From positions 575,161 through 639,160 of the forward strand of contig CP064973.1 in assembly GCA_016699365.1 (NCBI GenBank): a stretch of DNA of 64,000 nucleotides. Reading direction: 5' to 3'. Source of the DNA: Candidatus Nomurabacteria bacterium (GTDB lineage Bacteria; Patescibacteriota; Minisyncoccia; Phycocordibacterales; UBA9973). Of this stretch, positions 1 through 10,036 are shown one piece after another. Made by a program: the position numbers and the translations under genes. A model generated the notes under the pieces. That model saw nothing but the letters and a program-made list of their open reading frames with translations, was not told the DNA's origin and searched no databases. Position 1 is the first letter of the stretch. Every line of letters begins with the position of its first letter.

Positions 1-191
1 CAAATATAATATGGGATGTAAATACAGAGGAAATCATATCTTCTTTGGTTGGCAAGCGTAAAAAAGATTTTCAATCCATCATGTCTATAAATCCAAACAT
101 TCAAAGTGCTGAAGTGGTTATAAAACCATTTTGGGAGAGAAAATTTCCAACCAAGCCAGAGTCAATTGAGGTTTTGGTAAAGGAAAGTTAA
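1..191 (+). CDS. 3' end of an upstream CDS, product not recognised (...SAEVVIKPFWERKFPTKPESIEVLVKES*)
   Basis: Open frame runs from the window edge to TAA at 189-191; sits directly upstream of infA in the ribosomal cluster. Confidence 0.45.
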   Translation, partial: NIIWDVNTEEIISSLVGKRKKDFQSIMSINPNIQSAEVVIKPFWERKFPTKPESIEVLVKES

Positions 192-251
192 TTTATACTC
201 TTATAAATTTGACTAATACGTTTTCATTTGCTATTGTTATTTAGCTAACGC

Positions 252-464
252 ATGAGTGATAAAAAAGAAATTTCACGAATTGCTTCCGTCCAGGAAGCAT
301 TACCAAGTACTCTTTTTAGAGTTGCCTTTGAAGACGGTGAAGTTATTCTAGCTTACTTGTCAGGTAAAATGCGCATGCACCGTATAAAGGTTATGATCGG
401 CGACAGAGTAGAGGTTGTGATAGACCCATACGGTGGAAAAGGACGTATTGTCAAAAGACTTTAA
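252..464 (+). CDS. infA: translation initiation factor IF-1
   Basis: 70 aa; S1-like IF-1 signature ...LSGKMRMHRIKVMIGDRVEVVIDPYGGKGRIV; cluster context. Confidence 0.95.
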   Translation: MSDKKEISRIASVQEALPSTLFRVAFEDGEVILAYLSGKMRMHRIKVMIGDRVEVVIDPYGGKGRIVKRL

Positions 465-551
465 ATAGAGTATTATATACAAGCATTTTATCAAATAACC
501 CAAAAATGCTTGTAAACAAAGGGTTTTATACCCTTCATTTTCCATTATTTC

Positions 552-662
552 ATGAAAATCAGAGCAAGAGTAAAAAAGATGTGCGATAAATGCAAACTTG
601 TTAAGCGCAAGGGTCATCTTCGCGTTATCTGTGATAATCCAAAGCATAAACAAAAACAATAA
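552..662 (+). CDS. rpmJ: 50S ribosomal protein L36
   Basis: 36 aa, [36 protein letters not shown] (zinc ribbon C-x2-C...C-x4-H); below the 60-aa ORF cutoff; between infA and rpsM as expected. Confidence 0.9.
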   Translation: MKIRARVKKMCDKCKLVKRKGHLRVICDNPKHKQKQ

Positions 663-668
663 AATCAA

Positions 669-1049
669 ATGAGAATACTAGGTATAACAATTCCAAACGA
701 AAAGCGCATTGAGATAGGTCTTACATCCCTTTATGGTATTGGACTAACTAGATCAAGAAAGGTTCTTGATGAAGTTAAGGTCCCTTACAACAAAAAGGCA
801 AGTGAACTTACTCCTGAAGAAGAAAATCAAATCCGTAAGCTTATCGAAGACTACAAGATCGAAGGAAATCTAAAGCGTGAAATTGCATCAAACATCAAAC
901 GCTTAAAAGATATCAAGGCTTACCGAGGAGTTCGCCACATGCGCAAACTTCCAGTACGGGGACAGAGAACAAAAACAAACTCTAGAACTGTTCGAGGAAA
1001 CGTTCGAAAGACAATGGCAAGTGGACGCCGAAAACTTGAAAAGACTTAA
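669..1049 (+). CDS. rpsM: 30S ribosomal protein S13
   Basis: MRILGITIPNEKRIEIGLTSLYGIG... S13 N-terminus and a basic C-terminus. Confidence 0.95.
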   Translation: MRILGITIPNEKRIEIGLTSLYGIGLTRSRKVLDEVKVPYNKKASELTPEEENQIRKLIEDYKIEGNLKREIASNIKRLKDIKAYRGVRHMRKLPVRGQRTKTNSRTVRGNVRKTMASGRRKLEKT

Positions 1050-1087
1050 GATTTAGATTTTATTTAACTTCCTAATTTATAAAAACC

Positions 1088-1528
1088 GTGGGTAAAAAGA
1101 AAATTACAACAAAAGAGGGTACAGAAGTAGAAGCTGAAGTAAAGGCTCCTGTTTCTGCTTCACCAAAAACTCCAAAGAAGAAGATCACTGCTGCGACAAT
1201 GCACGTAGACGCTACTTTCAACAATACAAAGATAGTAATATCTGACAAAGCTGGTAATACACTTTTCTGGTCTTCAGCAGGAGCTATGGGATTCAAAGGT
1301 GCAAAGAAGGGAACTCCTTTCGCTGCTTCAAAAGTAGGTGAAATATTGGCTGACAAAGCTGGTGCACTAGGTATAAAAGAATTTGATGTAATTATCAGAG
1401 GTGTTGGTTCAGGTCGTGAGAGTGCTATTCGTACATTCATGGCAAGAGGATTTGATCTTACAGGTATTCGCGATATGACTCCTGTCCCACACAATGGTCC
1501 AAAACCAAAAAAACCACGAAGAGTTTAA
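1088..1528 (+). CDS. rpsK: 30S ribosomal protein S11
   Basis: GTG start; S11 core ...FKGAKKGTPFAA...GIKEFDVIIRGVGSGRESAIR... Confidence 0.93.
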   Translation: MGKKKITTKEGTEVEAEVKAPVSASPKTPKKKITAATMHVDATFNNTKIVISDKAGNTLFWSSAGAMGFKGAKKGTPFAASKVGEILADKAGALGIKEFDVIIRGVGSGRESAIRTFMARGFDLTGIRDMTPVPHNGPKPKKPRRV

Positions 1529-1557
1529 TTTTTAATAGTATTTAAAACGATTGAGTT

Positions 1558-2160
1558 ATGATTACAGGTCCAAAATATAAAATGTGTCGAAGATTGGGTT
1601 CAGGTGTTTTTGAAAAATGCCAAACTCAAAAATACACTCTCTCTGAGGGTCGTAAATCTACATCTGGAAAAAGACCAAAACAACTTTCTGGATATGGAGA
1701 ACAACTTCTAGAAAAGCAACGCATTCGCTTCAGTTATGGAGTTAGTGAAAAGCAATTTAAAAACTACGTTAAATACGCTAGTTCTATTAAGGGTGCAAAC
1801 GCATCAGAAAAGCTATACGAATCTCTAGAAGCTCGTCTCGACAACATAACTTACAGACTTGGACTTGCTCATACACGAAATCTTTCACGACAGATGGTTT
1901 CCCATGGCCACATACTGGTAAACGGCAAACGCACAACAGTGCCTTCATTTAAAGTTAAGATTGGTGATGTTATTACAATACGCGAAGGGTCGAAAAAAAG
2001 CGTTTTGTTCGCAGAATTAGAGAAGAAGCAAAAAACTTATTCTATGCCAAACTGGTTGTCTTTTGACACAGCTCGCATGGAAGGCAAGGTTATCGGTGTT
2101 CCAAAAAATGCAGATGCGTTCCTCAATTTTAATGCAGTGCTTGAGTTTTATAGTCGTTAA
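1558..2160 (+). CDS. rpsD: 30S ribosomal protein S4
   Basis: S4 N-terminus KYKMCRRLG..., S4 RNA-binding domain. Confidence 0.95.
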   Translation: MITGPKYKMCRRLGSGVFEKCQTQKYTLSEGRKSTSGKRPKQLSGYGEQLLEKQRIRFSYGVSEKQFKNYVKYASSIKGANASEKLYESLEARLDNITYRLGLAHTRNLSRQMVSHGHILVNGKRTTVPSFKVKIGDVITIREGSKKSVLFAELEKKQKTYSMPNWLSFDTARMEGKVIGVPKNADAFLNFNAVLEFYSR

Positions 2161-2193
2161 TCGTTATTAGTTAAACTAATCGAGATAATATAT

Positions 2194-3177
2194 ATGTTAG
2201 ATCATTCAATTATGTTACCTTCAAAGCCTCGTGTTGTTTCAGAAGATGCAACTAAAGGTGTTTATGAAATCGACAATCTATATCCAGGCTACGGACACAC
2301 ACTCGGCAACTCTCTACGCCGCATAATCCTTTCTTCTCTACCAGGTGCAGCACTTACATCAATATCTATTGATGGTATTTCACATGAGTTTTCTACAATC
2401 GAAGGAGTAAAAGAGGATGTTATTATGATAATCCTTGCTCTTAAAAAAGTTCGTTTTAAAGTTAGTAGTGATGAACCTCAACAAGTAACACTAAAGGTTA
2501 AAGGACCAAAGGTTGTTACTGCTGGAGACATAGTATGTCCTGGACAAGTTGAAGTTATAAATACTGATGAATACATAACAGAAATCACAGGCAAAGGTAA
2601 AGAACTTTCAATAACTATGAACATCGAAACTGGTCTTGGTTTCGTGCAAAAAGATATGCACCAAAAGTCAAAGACAGATATCGGTACAATCGCTCTAGAT
2701 GCACTATTTTCACCAATCCGCCGCGTAGCTTATGAAGTTGAAAACATGCGCGTGGGTGACAAAACAAACCACAATCGTCTACGTATGATCATAGAGACTG
2801 ATGGTAGTGTTGATCCTCGTGAAGCTCTAAAGAGATCTATCGAAATCATGATCACTCAGCTCAAAGCTATTTTTGATTTCAAATTCGACGATGAAGCAAA
2901 GCCTGCTATCAAAGAGGAGTCTGCTGATGCATCTGTAGAAGAATCTGAAGGAGAAAAAGATTCAGGAGAAGATATGTCAGACATCCTAAAAACTCGTATT
3001 GATACTCTAGAGCTTTCTACTCGAACACTAAACGCTCTAAATTCTGCAAACATCCGAACAGTTGGAGGTATTGCTCGCAAGAAAAAAGAGGATTTACTCG
3101 AGCTTGAAGGTATCGGAGAGAAGGGTATTCAGGAAATCCGTCGTATGTTATCAAATTTTGGCATTACCCTAAAATAA
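2194..3177 (+). CDS. rpoA: DNA-directed RNA polymerase alpha subunit
   Basis: 327 aa; alpha NTD (GNSLRRIILSSLPGAA) and a C-terminal HhH domain; standard position after rpsD. Confidence 0.95.
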   Translation: MLDHSIMLPSKPRVVSEDATKGVYEIDNLYPGYGHTLGNSLRRIILSSLPGAALTSISIDGISHEFSTIEGVKEDVIMIILALKKVRFKVSSDEPQQVTLKVKGPKVVTAGDIVCPGQVEVINTDEYITEITGKGKELSITMNIETGLGFVQKDMHQKSKTDIGTIALDALFSPIRRVAYEVENMRVGDKTNHNRLRMIIETDGSVDPREALKRSIEIMITQLKAIFDFKFDDEAKPAIKEESADASVEESEGEKDSGEDMSDILKTRIDTLELSTRTLNALNSANIRTVGGIARKKKEDLLELEGIGEKGIQEIRRMLSNFGITLK

Positions 3178-3211
3178 TCCCATTCGCTAATTACTAATCA
3201 CTTTTACTACT

Positions 3212-3565
3212 ATGAGACACGCAAACAACGTAAGAAAATTTGGCAGAACAGCAAACGCAAGAAGAGCACTTCTAAAGAGTCTTGCTCTTTCGCTTATCAA
3301 ACACGAGCAAATCACAACAACTGAGGCAAAGGCAAAAGAATTGCGTCCTTATATCGAAAAGCTAATTACTCGTGCACAAAAAGGTGATCTAGCTACACGC
3401 CGTGCAATCGTTGCTCGTCTTATGAATAGAAAAACTGAGACAAAAAAGCTTTTTGATGAGATCGCTCCAAAGTATGCAAAGAGAAAAGGTGGATACACAC
3501 GTGTGTTGAAACTTCCTCAGAGAAAAGGCGATGCAAGTAAAATGGCTATTATTGAATTTGTATAA
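3212..3565 (+). CDS. rplQ: 50S ribosomal protein L17
   Basis: MRHANNVRKFGRTANARRALLKSL... L17 signature. Confidence 0.95.
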   Translation: MRHANNVRKFGRTANARRALLKSLALSLIKHEQITTTEAKAKELRPYIEKLITRAQKGDLATRRAIVARLMNRKTETKKLFDEIAPKYAKRKGGYTRVLKLPQRKGDASKMAIIEFV

Positions 3566-3600
3566 TATATAAAAATACGGTAGTATATCGAAACACAACT

Positions 3601-3945
3601 ATGGAATACACACTTGATGCAAAAGGAATAACAGTAGGAAGAACTGCAACAAAAGCAGCGACTATTTTGATGGGCAAAAACAAGCCAGGAAGCAAGAAAA
3701 ACGTTATAGCAGAAAACAAGGTTACAATCATAAATGCTTCACAGGCAAAGATAAGTGCAAAGAAAGCTCGCGAAACAGTACTTGAGCGTTACACTGGATA
3801 TCCTAGTGGTCTTATACTACAAAATATTGATGAGGTTGTTTCAAAGAAGGGGCATTCAGAACTTTTCAAACTTGCAGTTTACGGAATGCTTCCAGGTAAC
3901 AAACTTCGCGATAAGATTATGAAAAATCTAGTAATCACAGAATAA
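3601..3945 (+). CDS. rplM: 50S ribosomal protein L13
   Basis: 114 aa short L13 (…KISAKKARETVLERYTGYPSG…LAVYGMLPGNKLR); immediately followed by rpsI. Confidence 0.85.
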   Translation: MEYTLDAKGITVGRTATKAATILMGKNKPGSKKNVIAENKVTIINASQAKISAKKARETVLERYTGYPSGLILQNIDEVVSKKGHSELFKLAVYGMLPGNKLRDKIMKNLVITE

Positions 3946-3946
3946 T

Positions 3947-4357
3947 ATGTCAGAAAAAACTACAACAAAAAGATATATTGAAACAATCGGACGTCGAAAG
4001 ACAGCAAGTGCTCGCGTAAGACTTACTCCAAGTTCAAAGCTTTCAATAGAAGTAAATGGAAAAGAGCATTCAGCATATTTCCCTACAGACTCACACAGAG
4101 CAATAGTTATCGATCCTTTTGTAAAAGGCAAGATTGATTCAAAGTTTACAATCACAGCTCTCGTAACTGGAGGAGGAATCCACGCTCAAGCTGAAGCAAT
4201 CCGTCACGGTATCGCTCGTGCGATCGTAGAGCTCGATGAAAATGAACACACAAATATCAAAAAACTTGGTTTCCTAAAACGTGATCCTAGAGCAAAAGAG
4301 CGCCGCAAGTTCGGTCTCAAGAAAGCTCGTAAGGCTCCACAATGGAGTAAACGTTAA
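3947..4357 (+). CDS. rpsI: 30S ribosomal protein S9
   Basis: S9 C-terminus ...GGGIHAQAEAIRHGIARAI...RDPRAKERRKFGLKKARKAPQWSKR. Confidence 0.95.
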   Translation: MSEKTTTKRYIETIGRRKTASARVRLTPSSKLSIEVNGKEHSAYFPTDSHRAIVIDPFVKGKIDSKFTITALVTGGGIHAQAEAIRHGIARAIVELDENEHTNIKKLGFLKRDPRAKERRKFGLKKARKAPQWSKR

Positions 4358-4364
4358 AACAAAG

Positions 4365-4390
4365 AAGTCCCGAAAGGGATTTTTTTGTTT
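4365..4390 (+). terminator. rho-independent terminator after rpsI
   Basis: Hairpin AAGTCCC-GAAA-GGGATTT followed by TTTTTTGTTT. Confidence 0.6.
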
Positions 4391-4435
4391 GACAAAATCC
4401 TATTTTACGGTATTATTTAAAAAAATGTACACACA

Positions 4436-4888
4436 ATGAATAAAAAATTGAAAAACCAATTACGCCACAAAGCCGGGATATATTCTCTTTTTTCCAGAGG
4501 TAATATTTTCACAGCTATACTATTGGCGCTATGTATGAGTTTTGTATATGGGATTTTTACCTATGGTACGGTGGAAGATTATCCACTAAATCTTCTGGTG
4601 CCACTAATAGTCGCCCTTTTTATATCTATTGTTTTTGTATACCTACTTGGTAGGGTTACATATTCAGATATAGAATCGGCGTCTGATTCTATGCAGGTTA
4701 AAATAGGTGAAAAACTCCTCCTCATAGAGGTAGAGATCAAAGAGCTTAGCGATAAGATCGCAAAGAACCCAGCTCCAGCACGTTTTCTTGATGAACGTGA
4801 GGCAGACCTCTACGACCTACAAAAGGAGAAGGAAAAGCTCCTTGCGACGCTTGGGGAGCTTCAGAAAGTTCCATTCGAATTCAATTAA
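4436..4888 (+). CDS. hypothetical membrane protein with a C-terminal coiled coil
   Basis: 150 aa; two hydrophobic helices then a charged heptad-like region; no recognised family. Confidence 0.5.
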   Translation: MNKKLKNQLRHKAGIYSLFSRGNIFTAILLALCMSFVYGIFTYGTVEDYPLNLLVPLIVALFISIVFVYLLGRVTYSDIESASDSMQVKIGEKLLLIEVEIKELSDKIAKNPAPARFLDEREADLYDLQKEKEKLLATLGELQKVPFEFN

Positions 4889-4894
4889 AAAATA

Positions 4895-4924
4895 AACCCT
4901 CAGTACGAGGGTTTTAATTTTGCC
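4895..4924 (+). terminator. rho-independent terminator
   Basis: AACCCTC-AGTAC-GAGGGTT then TTAATTTT. Confidence 0.6.
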
Positions 4925-4948
4925 AATTTTTCAAATCCAAGTATAATC

Positions 4949-5557
4949 GTGTATATGAAAGACGAAGAAGACAAAAAAATAGATGAGACTGTGGTGGAGG
5001 ATGCTGACACAGAAACTGACGAGGATGTAGTGGAATTTGTTTTCAATGATGATGGAGAAGAAGATATAAAAGCCACTTTAAAAAAGCTTAGAAAAGACTT
5101 AAAAGAAGCTCAAAAAGAAAAGACAGAGTATCTTACAAACTGGCAGAGAGAGCGCGCAGATTTTACAAACTACAAAAAAGATGAACAAGAAAGACGTGAG
5201 AGTACACTCGCTTATGCTCGGGAGAATTTTGCCGAAGAACTTCTACCAGTACTAGACGCATACGATATGGCTTTTTCAAACCGTGAGGCATGGGAGAAGG
5301 TAGATAAAAACTGGCGTATAGGTGTGGAATATATCCACGCACAGCTTTTGAAAGTTCTTGCTGACAACGGTGTGAATCCTATAAAGGTTTCTGTGGGGGA
5401 CAAAGTTGACCCAAAACTTCATGAGGCAGTTGAAAATATTTCTACCGATGATGAAGCACAAGACCACTCTATAGCCGAAGTTACTCAGTCCGGATACATA
5501 ATAGGCGAGCGAGTACTCAGAGCAGCGAGAGTAAAAGTGTTTGAATTCAAAAAATAA
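4949..5557 (+). CDS. grpE: nucleotide exchange factor GrpE
   Basis: Acidic N-terminus, then NWQRERADFTNYKK...LLPVLDAYDMA... GrpE core. Confidence 0.9.
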   Translation: MYMKDEEDKKIDETVVEDADTETDEDVVEFVFNDDGEEDIKATLKKLRKDLKEAQKEKTEYLTNWQRERADFTNYKKDEQERRESTLAYARENFAEELLPVLDAYDMAFSNREAWEKVDKNWRIGVEYIHAQLLKVLADNGVNPIKVSVGDKVDPKLHEAVENISTDDEAQDHSIAEVTQSGYIIGERVLRAARVKVFEFKK

Positions 5558-5592
5558 ATAAAAAAAACGAGCATTGCTCGTTTTTTTTATTT
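5556..5592. terminator. bidirectional terminator between grpE (+) and the regulator gene (-)
   Basis: A-run, hairpin ACGAGCA-TTG-CTCGT, T-run (AAAAAAAACGAGCATTGCTCGTTTTTTTT). Confidence 0.6.
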
Positions 5593-6124
5593 ATTTCCCA
5601 AATATTCCAAACAAAACTTTTCCAGTCTCTGAATCTATTGTATCAGTCGTAAAAATCATGATCTCTGTCGTAAGGCCGAGATCTTTTTTTATATTTTCAA
5701 ACAAATGCTCAAGGGGGTAGGGAGATATCCAAGCACTATTTTTTAGACATACAAAACCTGCTTTCTTTAGCAGATAGCGCAAACTATCGCGTTCATTTTT
5801 TCTAGACTCAGGTAGATCCAGAAGTATAATTCTCCACTTACCATCCCATTTTGGGTCTAGGATTGCGCTGTCACTTTCTAGCTTTAGACTATTGGCCTTC
5901 TTTTTTCCTTCATTTGTTAGACGTGTGTATTTAGTTCTGTCTGAAGACAGATTCTCCACCAGACCTGCCTCTTTTAGGCCCTTCAGAGAGCGATTTATAG
6001 CGTATACAGGCACTTTTGTGGCAGGGCGAGGGGAAACACGCTCACTGAGCTCAGATAGCGAAATAACTGGCTTTTCAGACAGTATTTTGAGTATTTTCCT
6101 TGAGAAATCTGGCTTTTTTTGCAT
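5591..6124 (-). CDS. PaaX-like winged-helix transcriptional regulator
   Basis: 177 aa; N-terminal wHTH, and a C-terminal ...WDGKWRIILLDLPESRKNERDSLRYLLKKAGFVCLKNSAWISP motif typical of the PaaX C-terminal domain; divergent from dnaK. Confidence 0.55.
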   Translation of the reverse strand: MQKKPDFSRKILKILSEKPVISLSELSERVSPRPATKVPVYAINRSLKGLKEAGLVENLSSDRTKYTRLTNEGKKKANSLKLESDSAILDPKWDGKWRIILLDLPESRKNERDSLRYLLKKAGFVCLKNSAWISPYPLEHLFENIKKDLGLTTEIMIFTTDTIDSETGKVLFGIFGK

Positions 6125-6162
6125 ATCTAGATATTAACATACTTTTCACGAACGCAAAATAC

Positions 6163-6190
6163 TTGTCAAAAAGTTATCCACATGTATAAT
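6163..6190 (+). promoter_or_regulatory. sigma70-type promoter for dnaK
   Basis: TTGTCA (6163-6168), 16-nt spacer, TATAAT (6185-6190), about 40 nt upstream of the dnaK start codon. Confidence 0.5.
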
Positions 6191-6232
6191 AGGTCTATAG
6201 TTATTAAATTATCAGTAATGCTAATAAAAAAT

Positions 6233-8128
6233 ATGTCAAAAATCATTGGAATAGACTTGGGAACTACAAACAGTGCTGTATCTATCATCGAAGGTGGACA
6301 GCCAAAAATAATCGAAAACATTGAAGGTAATCGTACGACACCTTCTATTGTTGCTATGGCAAAGAACGGCGATCGTCTCGTCGGACTTTTAGCAAAGCGT
6401 CAGTCTGTTACAAATCCAGAAAATACAATTTACGGCATCAAGCGCTTCATGGGTCACAGATTTGATGATGCAGAAATTCAGAAAGACAGAGGTGTTGCTC
6501 CATACAAAATTGAAAAAGGCGAGAACGATGGAGTTGTTGTAAAAATGTCTGACAAGACTTATCGTCCAGAAGAAATTTCTTCTATGATACTTGCAAAGAT
6601 CAAAGCTGATGTAGAAGCAAAGCTCGGAGAAAAAGTTACAGAAGCGGTTATCACAGTACCAGCGTATTTCAACGACTCACAACGCAAAGCAACAGTAGAC
6701 GCCGGAGCTATCGCAGGCTTGGATGTAAAGCGTATTATCAACGAACCGACAGCAGCAGCTCTTGCATACGGATTCAATACTAAAAAAGATGAAAAGATTG
6801 TTGTGTACGACTTCGGAGGAGGAACTTTCGATGTGTCTGTACTAGAAGTTGGAAACGATGTTATCGAAGTAAAGTCTACTGACGGAGACTCTCACATGGG
6901 TGGAGAAGATATTGATCAGAAAATCATCAAATGGATCGCCGAAGAATTCAAAAAAGAATCCGGTGTAGATATAACAAAAGATGTTCTTGCTCTTCAGCGT
7001 TTGAAGGAAGCTGCTGAGAAGGCAAAGCATGAACTTTCTACTACAACAGAAACTGAAATCAATATTCCATTTATTACTTCTACGGCTTCAGGACCTCAAC
7101 ACTTACTGATCAAGATGAGTCGCGCGCAACTAGAAAGTTTGGCCGATGAATTCGTGTCTCGTTCTATCGAGATCACAAAACGTGCAATCGAAGCTTCACC
7201 ATTTAAAATTGGTGATATAAACGAAATCATAATGGTTGGAGGTCAGACTCGTATGCCAAAGATTATTGAAGAGGTAAAGAAACTTTTTGGTAAAGAGCCA
7301 AATCGTTCTATCAACCCAGACGAAGTTGTAGCTCTCGGAGCTGCAGTGCAAGGTGGAGTTTTGAAAGGTGATGTACGAGATGTGCTACTTCTAGATGTTA
7401 TCCCACTATCACTTGGAATTGAGACTTTGGGAGGTATCGCAACAAAGCTTGTTGAACGAAATACAACTATTCCGACATCTAAGTCACAGATATTCTCGAC
7501 CGCAGCCGACAATCAAACATCTGTAGAAATTCATATTTCTCAGGGTGAACGTCAAATGGCTTCCGACAACAAATCTCTAGGAAGATTTATCTTGGACGGA
7601 ATCCCGCCTGCACCTCGAGGTATGCCTCAGGTTGAAGTTACTTTTGATGTTGATGCAAACGGAATCCTTTCTGTAACTGCAAAAGACAAGACTTCTGGCA
7701 AGACTCAGTCTATCCGCATCGAAGCATCAAGTGGTCTTACAGACGAAGAGGTCAAGAAAATGCAAAAAGACGCAGAACTTCATGCAGAAGAAGATAAAAA
7801 GAAAAAAGACGCAGTTGATATAAAAAATACTACAGAGATGATTCTCTACACTGCTGAAAAAGCTCTCAAAGATAGCGAAGGTAAAGTATCTGATGAAATA
7901 AAGAACGGAGTTCAATCAAAGATCGATGCACTCAAGGCTGTAAAGGATGGAGACGACATGGAACAAATCAAAAAAGCTACAGAAGAACTTTCAAGCGAAA
8001 TGAGTAAAATCGGTGAGGCTATGCAAAAGGCAAATGCTGAAGCTACTCCAAACACGGAGGCAGAATCTGAGCCAAAAACAGAGGAACCGATTCGTGATGC
8101 AGAGACAGGTGAGAGTGAAGTAAAATAA
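6233..8128 (+). CDS. dnaK: molecular chaperone DnaK (Hsp70)
   Basis: Start taken at [16 protein letters not shown], not the upstream in-frame ATG at 6182; Hsp70 motifs [16 protein letters not shown], acidic C-terminal tail. Confidence 0.97.
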   Translation: MSKIIGIDLGTTNSAVSIIEGGQPKIIENIEGNRTTPSIVAMAKNGDRLVGLLAKRQSVTNPENTIYGIKRFMGHRFDDAEIQKDRGVAPYKIEKGENDGVVVKMSDKTYRPEEISSMILAKIKADVEAKLGEKVTEAVITVPAYFNDSQRKATVDAGAIAGLDVKRIINEPTAAALAYGFNTKKDEKIVVYDFGGGTFDVSVLEVGNDVIEVKSTDGDSHMGGEDIDQKIIKWIAEEFKKESGVDITKDVLALQRLKEAAEKAKHELSTTTETEINIPFITSTASGPQHLLIKMSRAQLESLADEFVSRSIEITKRAIEASPFKIGDINEIIMVGGQTRMPKIIEEVKKLFGKEPNRSINPDEVVALGAAVQGGVLKGDVRDVLLLDVIPLSLGIETLGGIATKLVERNTTIPTSKSQIFSTAADNQTSVEIHISQGERQMASDNKSLGRFILDGIPPAPRGMPQVEVTFDVDANGILSVTAKDKTSGKTQSIRIEASSGLTDEEVKKMQKDAELHAEEDKKKKDAVDIKNTTEMILYTAEKALKDSEGKVSDEIKNGVQSKIDALKAVKDGDDMEQIKKATEELSSEMSKIGEAMQKANAEATPNTEAESEPKTEEPIRDAETGESEVK

Positions 8129-8145
8129 TTATCAATCAAATATTA

Positions 8146-8174
8146 AAAATCCGCACAATCTGCGGATTTTTAAT
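8146..8174 (+). terminator. rho-independent terminator after dnaK
   Basis: ATCCGCA-CAATC-TGCGGAT followed by TTTTAAT. Confidence 0.6.
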
Positions 8175-8190
8175 ATGCTAAAATAAAAAT

Positions 8191-8745
8191 ATGTCTAAAA
8201 AAGAAGCAATATACGCAGGAGGATGTTTTTGGTGTACAGAGCAAGATTTGCGCAAAGTGAACGGTGTTATAGATATCATGCCTGGCTATACAGGTGGTAG
8301 TGAAAACGATGCAAACTACGATGATGTAGCCACACACAAAACTTCTCATCGTGAAGCGGTAAAAGTAGAGTACGATGATACGAAAACATCTTTCAAAAAG
8401 ATCACACAGTTTTTTCTAGACCATATCGATCCGACAGATGCTGGTGGGCAGTTTTTTGACCGAGGAGAAAATTATAAAACTGCTATTTATTTTTCAAACG
8501 GAGATGAAGAGGGTATTGCTAAGTCACTTTTGGTAGAGCTTGGAGAAAGTGGAATCTATGACAAGCCGATTGCAGTTGGAATATTACCAACCCTGCCTTT
8601 TTATGTAGCCGAATCTGAACATCAAAATTATGCGGAAAAGAATCCGGTACGTTATAGTATATACAAGCAAGGTTCAGGCCGAGAAGATTTTGTAAACAAT
8701 GTTTGTGCGATTAGAGATGAGAAAAAGATAAATTGGAAAGATTAA
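8191..8745 (+). CDS. msrA: peptide methionine sulfoxide reductase MsrA
   Basis: GCFWC active-site motif near the N-terminus (AGGCFWCTE); 184 aa. Confidence 0.88.
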   Translation: MSKKEAIYAGGCFWCTEQDLRKVNGVIDIMPGYTGGSENDANYDDVATHKTSHREAVKVEYDDTKTSFKKITQFFLDHIDPTDAGGQFFDRGENYKTAIYFSNGDEEGIAKSLLVELGESGIYDKPIAVGILPTLPFYVAESEHQNYAEKNPVRYSIYKQGSGREDFVNNVCAIRDEKKINWKD

Positions 8746-8748
8746 AAA

Positions 8749-9258
8749 ATGAAACCAAAAAAAGTATTAGTAAATGACAAAATGCAAAAAGGGTATAGTT
8801 ATATCCTAACTGAACCTATGGGCAAAAATTTTGCAAAAGATTTCAAGCCACAGCTTTCGCCCAAGCAGATGCTCGCGCTAGGAGTTTTTGGAGGTGTGTA
8901 TATGCGTGATTGCACAAGAGAGTTTCCAAGTGATTGGTTTACGCGCGCCAAATTTGCAAAGGGTAAGCGTGATGCAAAAATAAATTATTTTAAAGTGAAT
9001 GCCTCTCAGCCTCTGTCTGTTTGGAGAAAGAAAGGTTGGATATACAAAGAGGATCCACGCGGATGGTTCCAGTGGTATTGCAGATATTATATGGGACGAA
9101 GAATTCCGTCCGAAGATGCTATTCAGATAAAACGTTACCGTGCTATTCGTCGGCACGTCGGTCAGATTGTTGCCAATTGTAGGCCAGGGGATATAAACTG
9201 CCGACCTCGTCAGCGCCAAGCCCTGCTCCACTGGGCGTATGATTCTAGGAAAATCTAA
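8749..9258 (+). CDS. conserved hypothetical protein
   Basis: 169 aa; Trp/Tyr/Arg-rich motif GWFQWYCRYYMGRR; family not recognised. Confidence 0.5.
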   Translation: MKPKKVLVNDKMQKGYSYILTEPMGKNFAKDFKPQLSPKQMLALGVFGGVYMRDCTREFPSDWFTRAKFAKGKRDAKINYFKVNASQPLSVWRKKGWIYKEDPRGWFQWYCRYYMGRRIPSEDAIQIKRYRAIRRHVGQIVANCRPGDINCRPRQRQALLHWAYDSRKI

Positions 9259-9308
9259 CTTTTACAAATTCTAAAAAATATGGTATAAAGTGCTAAATTT
9301 GTAAGAAT

Positions 9309-9965
9309 ATGGCATTTTATAAAAGAAAATATTTACCATCTCAGGCAGATATTGATCAGCTTGAAAGGGATCTAGAAGGACCCGATTTTAATTGTGTAAA
9401 GCTCTCTAATACTGATATTCGCAATTCACTAGCGAAGTACGAGAAAAAAGCACCTCGAAAAACCGAAGGTATTGAACGCGGGTTTGTGTTTATTCCAAAA
9501 GATCCGGACAATGATTATCGTGTAATCATCTGGGGTACTGCCAAGGAAGATGGCGGAGTGAAGCAATCCGATTATGGTTGGGTGCTAGTTTTAAAAGGAG
9601 ACAAGCCAGTTTACTTTGCCAAACGCATGGAGCGGACAAAAAATTATATTATCAATATCAAGCGCAGAGCTTGGGTCACAATATACAAAGTTCGCAATCG
9701 TCCGCACTGCCCACATCCGGGCTGTGAGCGTTTTATGGAGATTTCGAAAACTTCTGTAATTGGTGCTGTGGTATGGAAATGTGAAAACAAAGCAGTTCAC
9801 ACTCGTCCATATTTTCGCAATTGGGATTATGGTTTGCCGAAAAAAGCCAAATCTTTTGTCGATGAAAATCGTAAATCTCGCAGGAGATACTATAAGAAAT
9901 TGAAGAAGGAAAACAAGGTTGTAGAACCCGCCCAATTCAAAAGAAAAAAGCGAAAGCTAAAATAA
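9309..9965 (+). CDS. hypothetical protein with a Cys/His cluster and a lysine-rich C-terminal tail
   Basis: 218 aa; HCPHPGCERF...WKCENKAVH putative zinc site; KKLKKENK...KRKKRKLK tail. Confidence 0.5.
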   Translation: MAFYKRKYLPSQADIDQLERDLEGPDFNCVKLSNTDIRNSLAKYEKKAPRKTEGIERGFVFIPKDPDNDYRVIIWGTAKEDGGVKQSDYGWVLVLKGDKPVYFAKRMERTKNYIINIKRRAWVTIYKVRNRPHCPHPGCERFMEISKTSVIGAVVWKCENKAVHTRPYFRNWDYGLPKKAKSFVDENRKSRRRYYKKLKKENKVVEPAQFKRKKRKLK

Positions 9966-9977
9966 CAAAATCCACTT

Positions 9978-10013
9978 AATCCCCAAAAATTAGTTTGGGG
10001 ATTTTATTATTTT
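9978..10013 (+). terminator. rho-independent terminator
   Basis: AATCCCC-AAAAATTAGTTT-GGGGATT followed by TTATTATTTT. Confidence 0.6.
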
Positions 10014-10036
10014 CAAGTGTTATACTATCTCCACAA

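Noticed and set aside
360-1494. Antisense ORFs inside the ribosomal-protein genes (360-668, 1072-1494 on the minus strand)
   Set aside because: They lie fully within strongly supported, conserved plus-strand genes (infA, rpmJ, rpsK) and have low-complexity translations; shadow ORFs.
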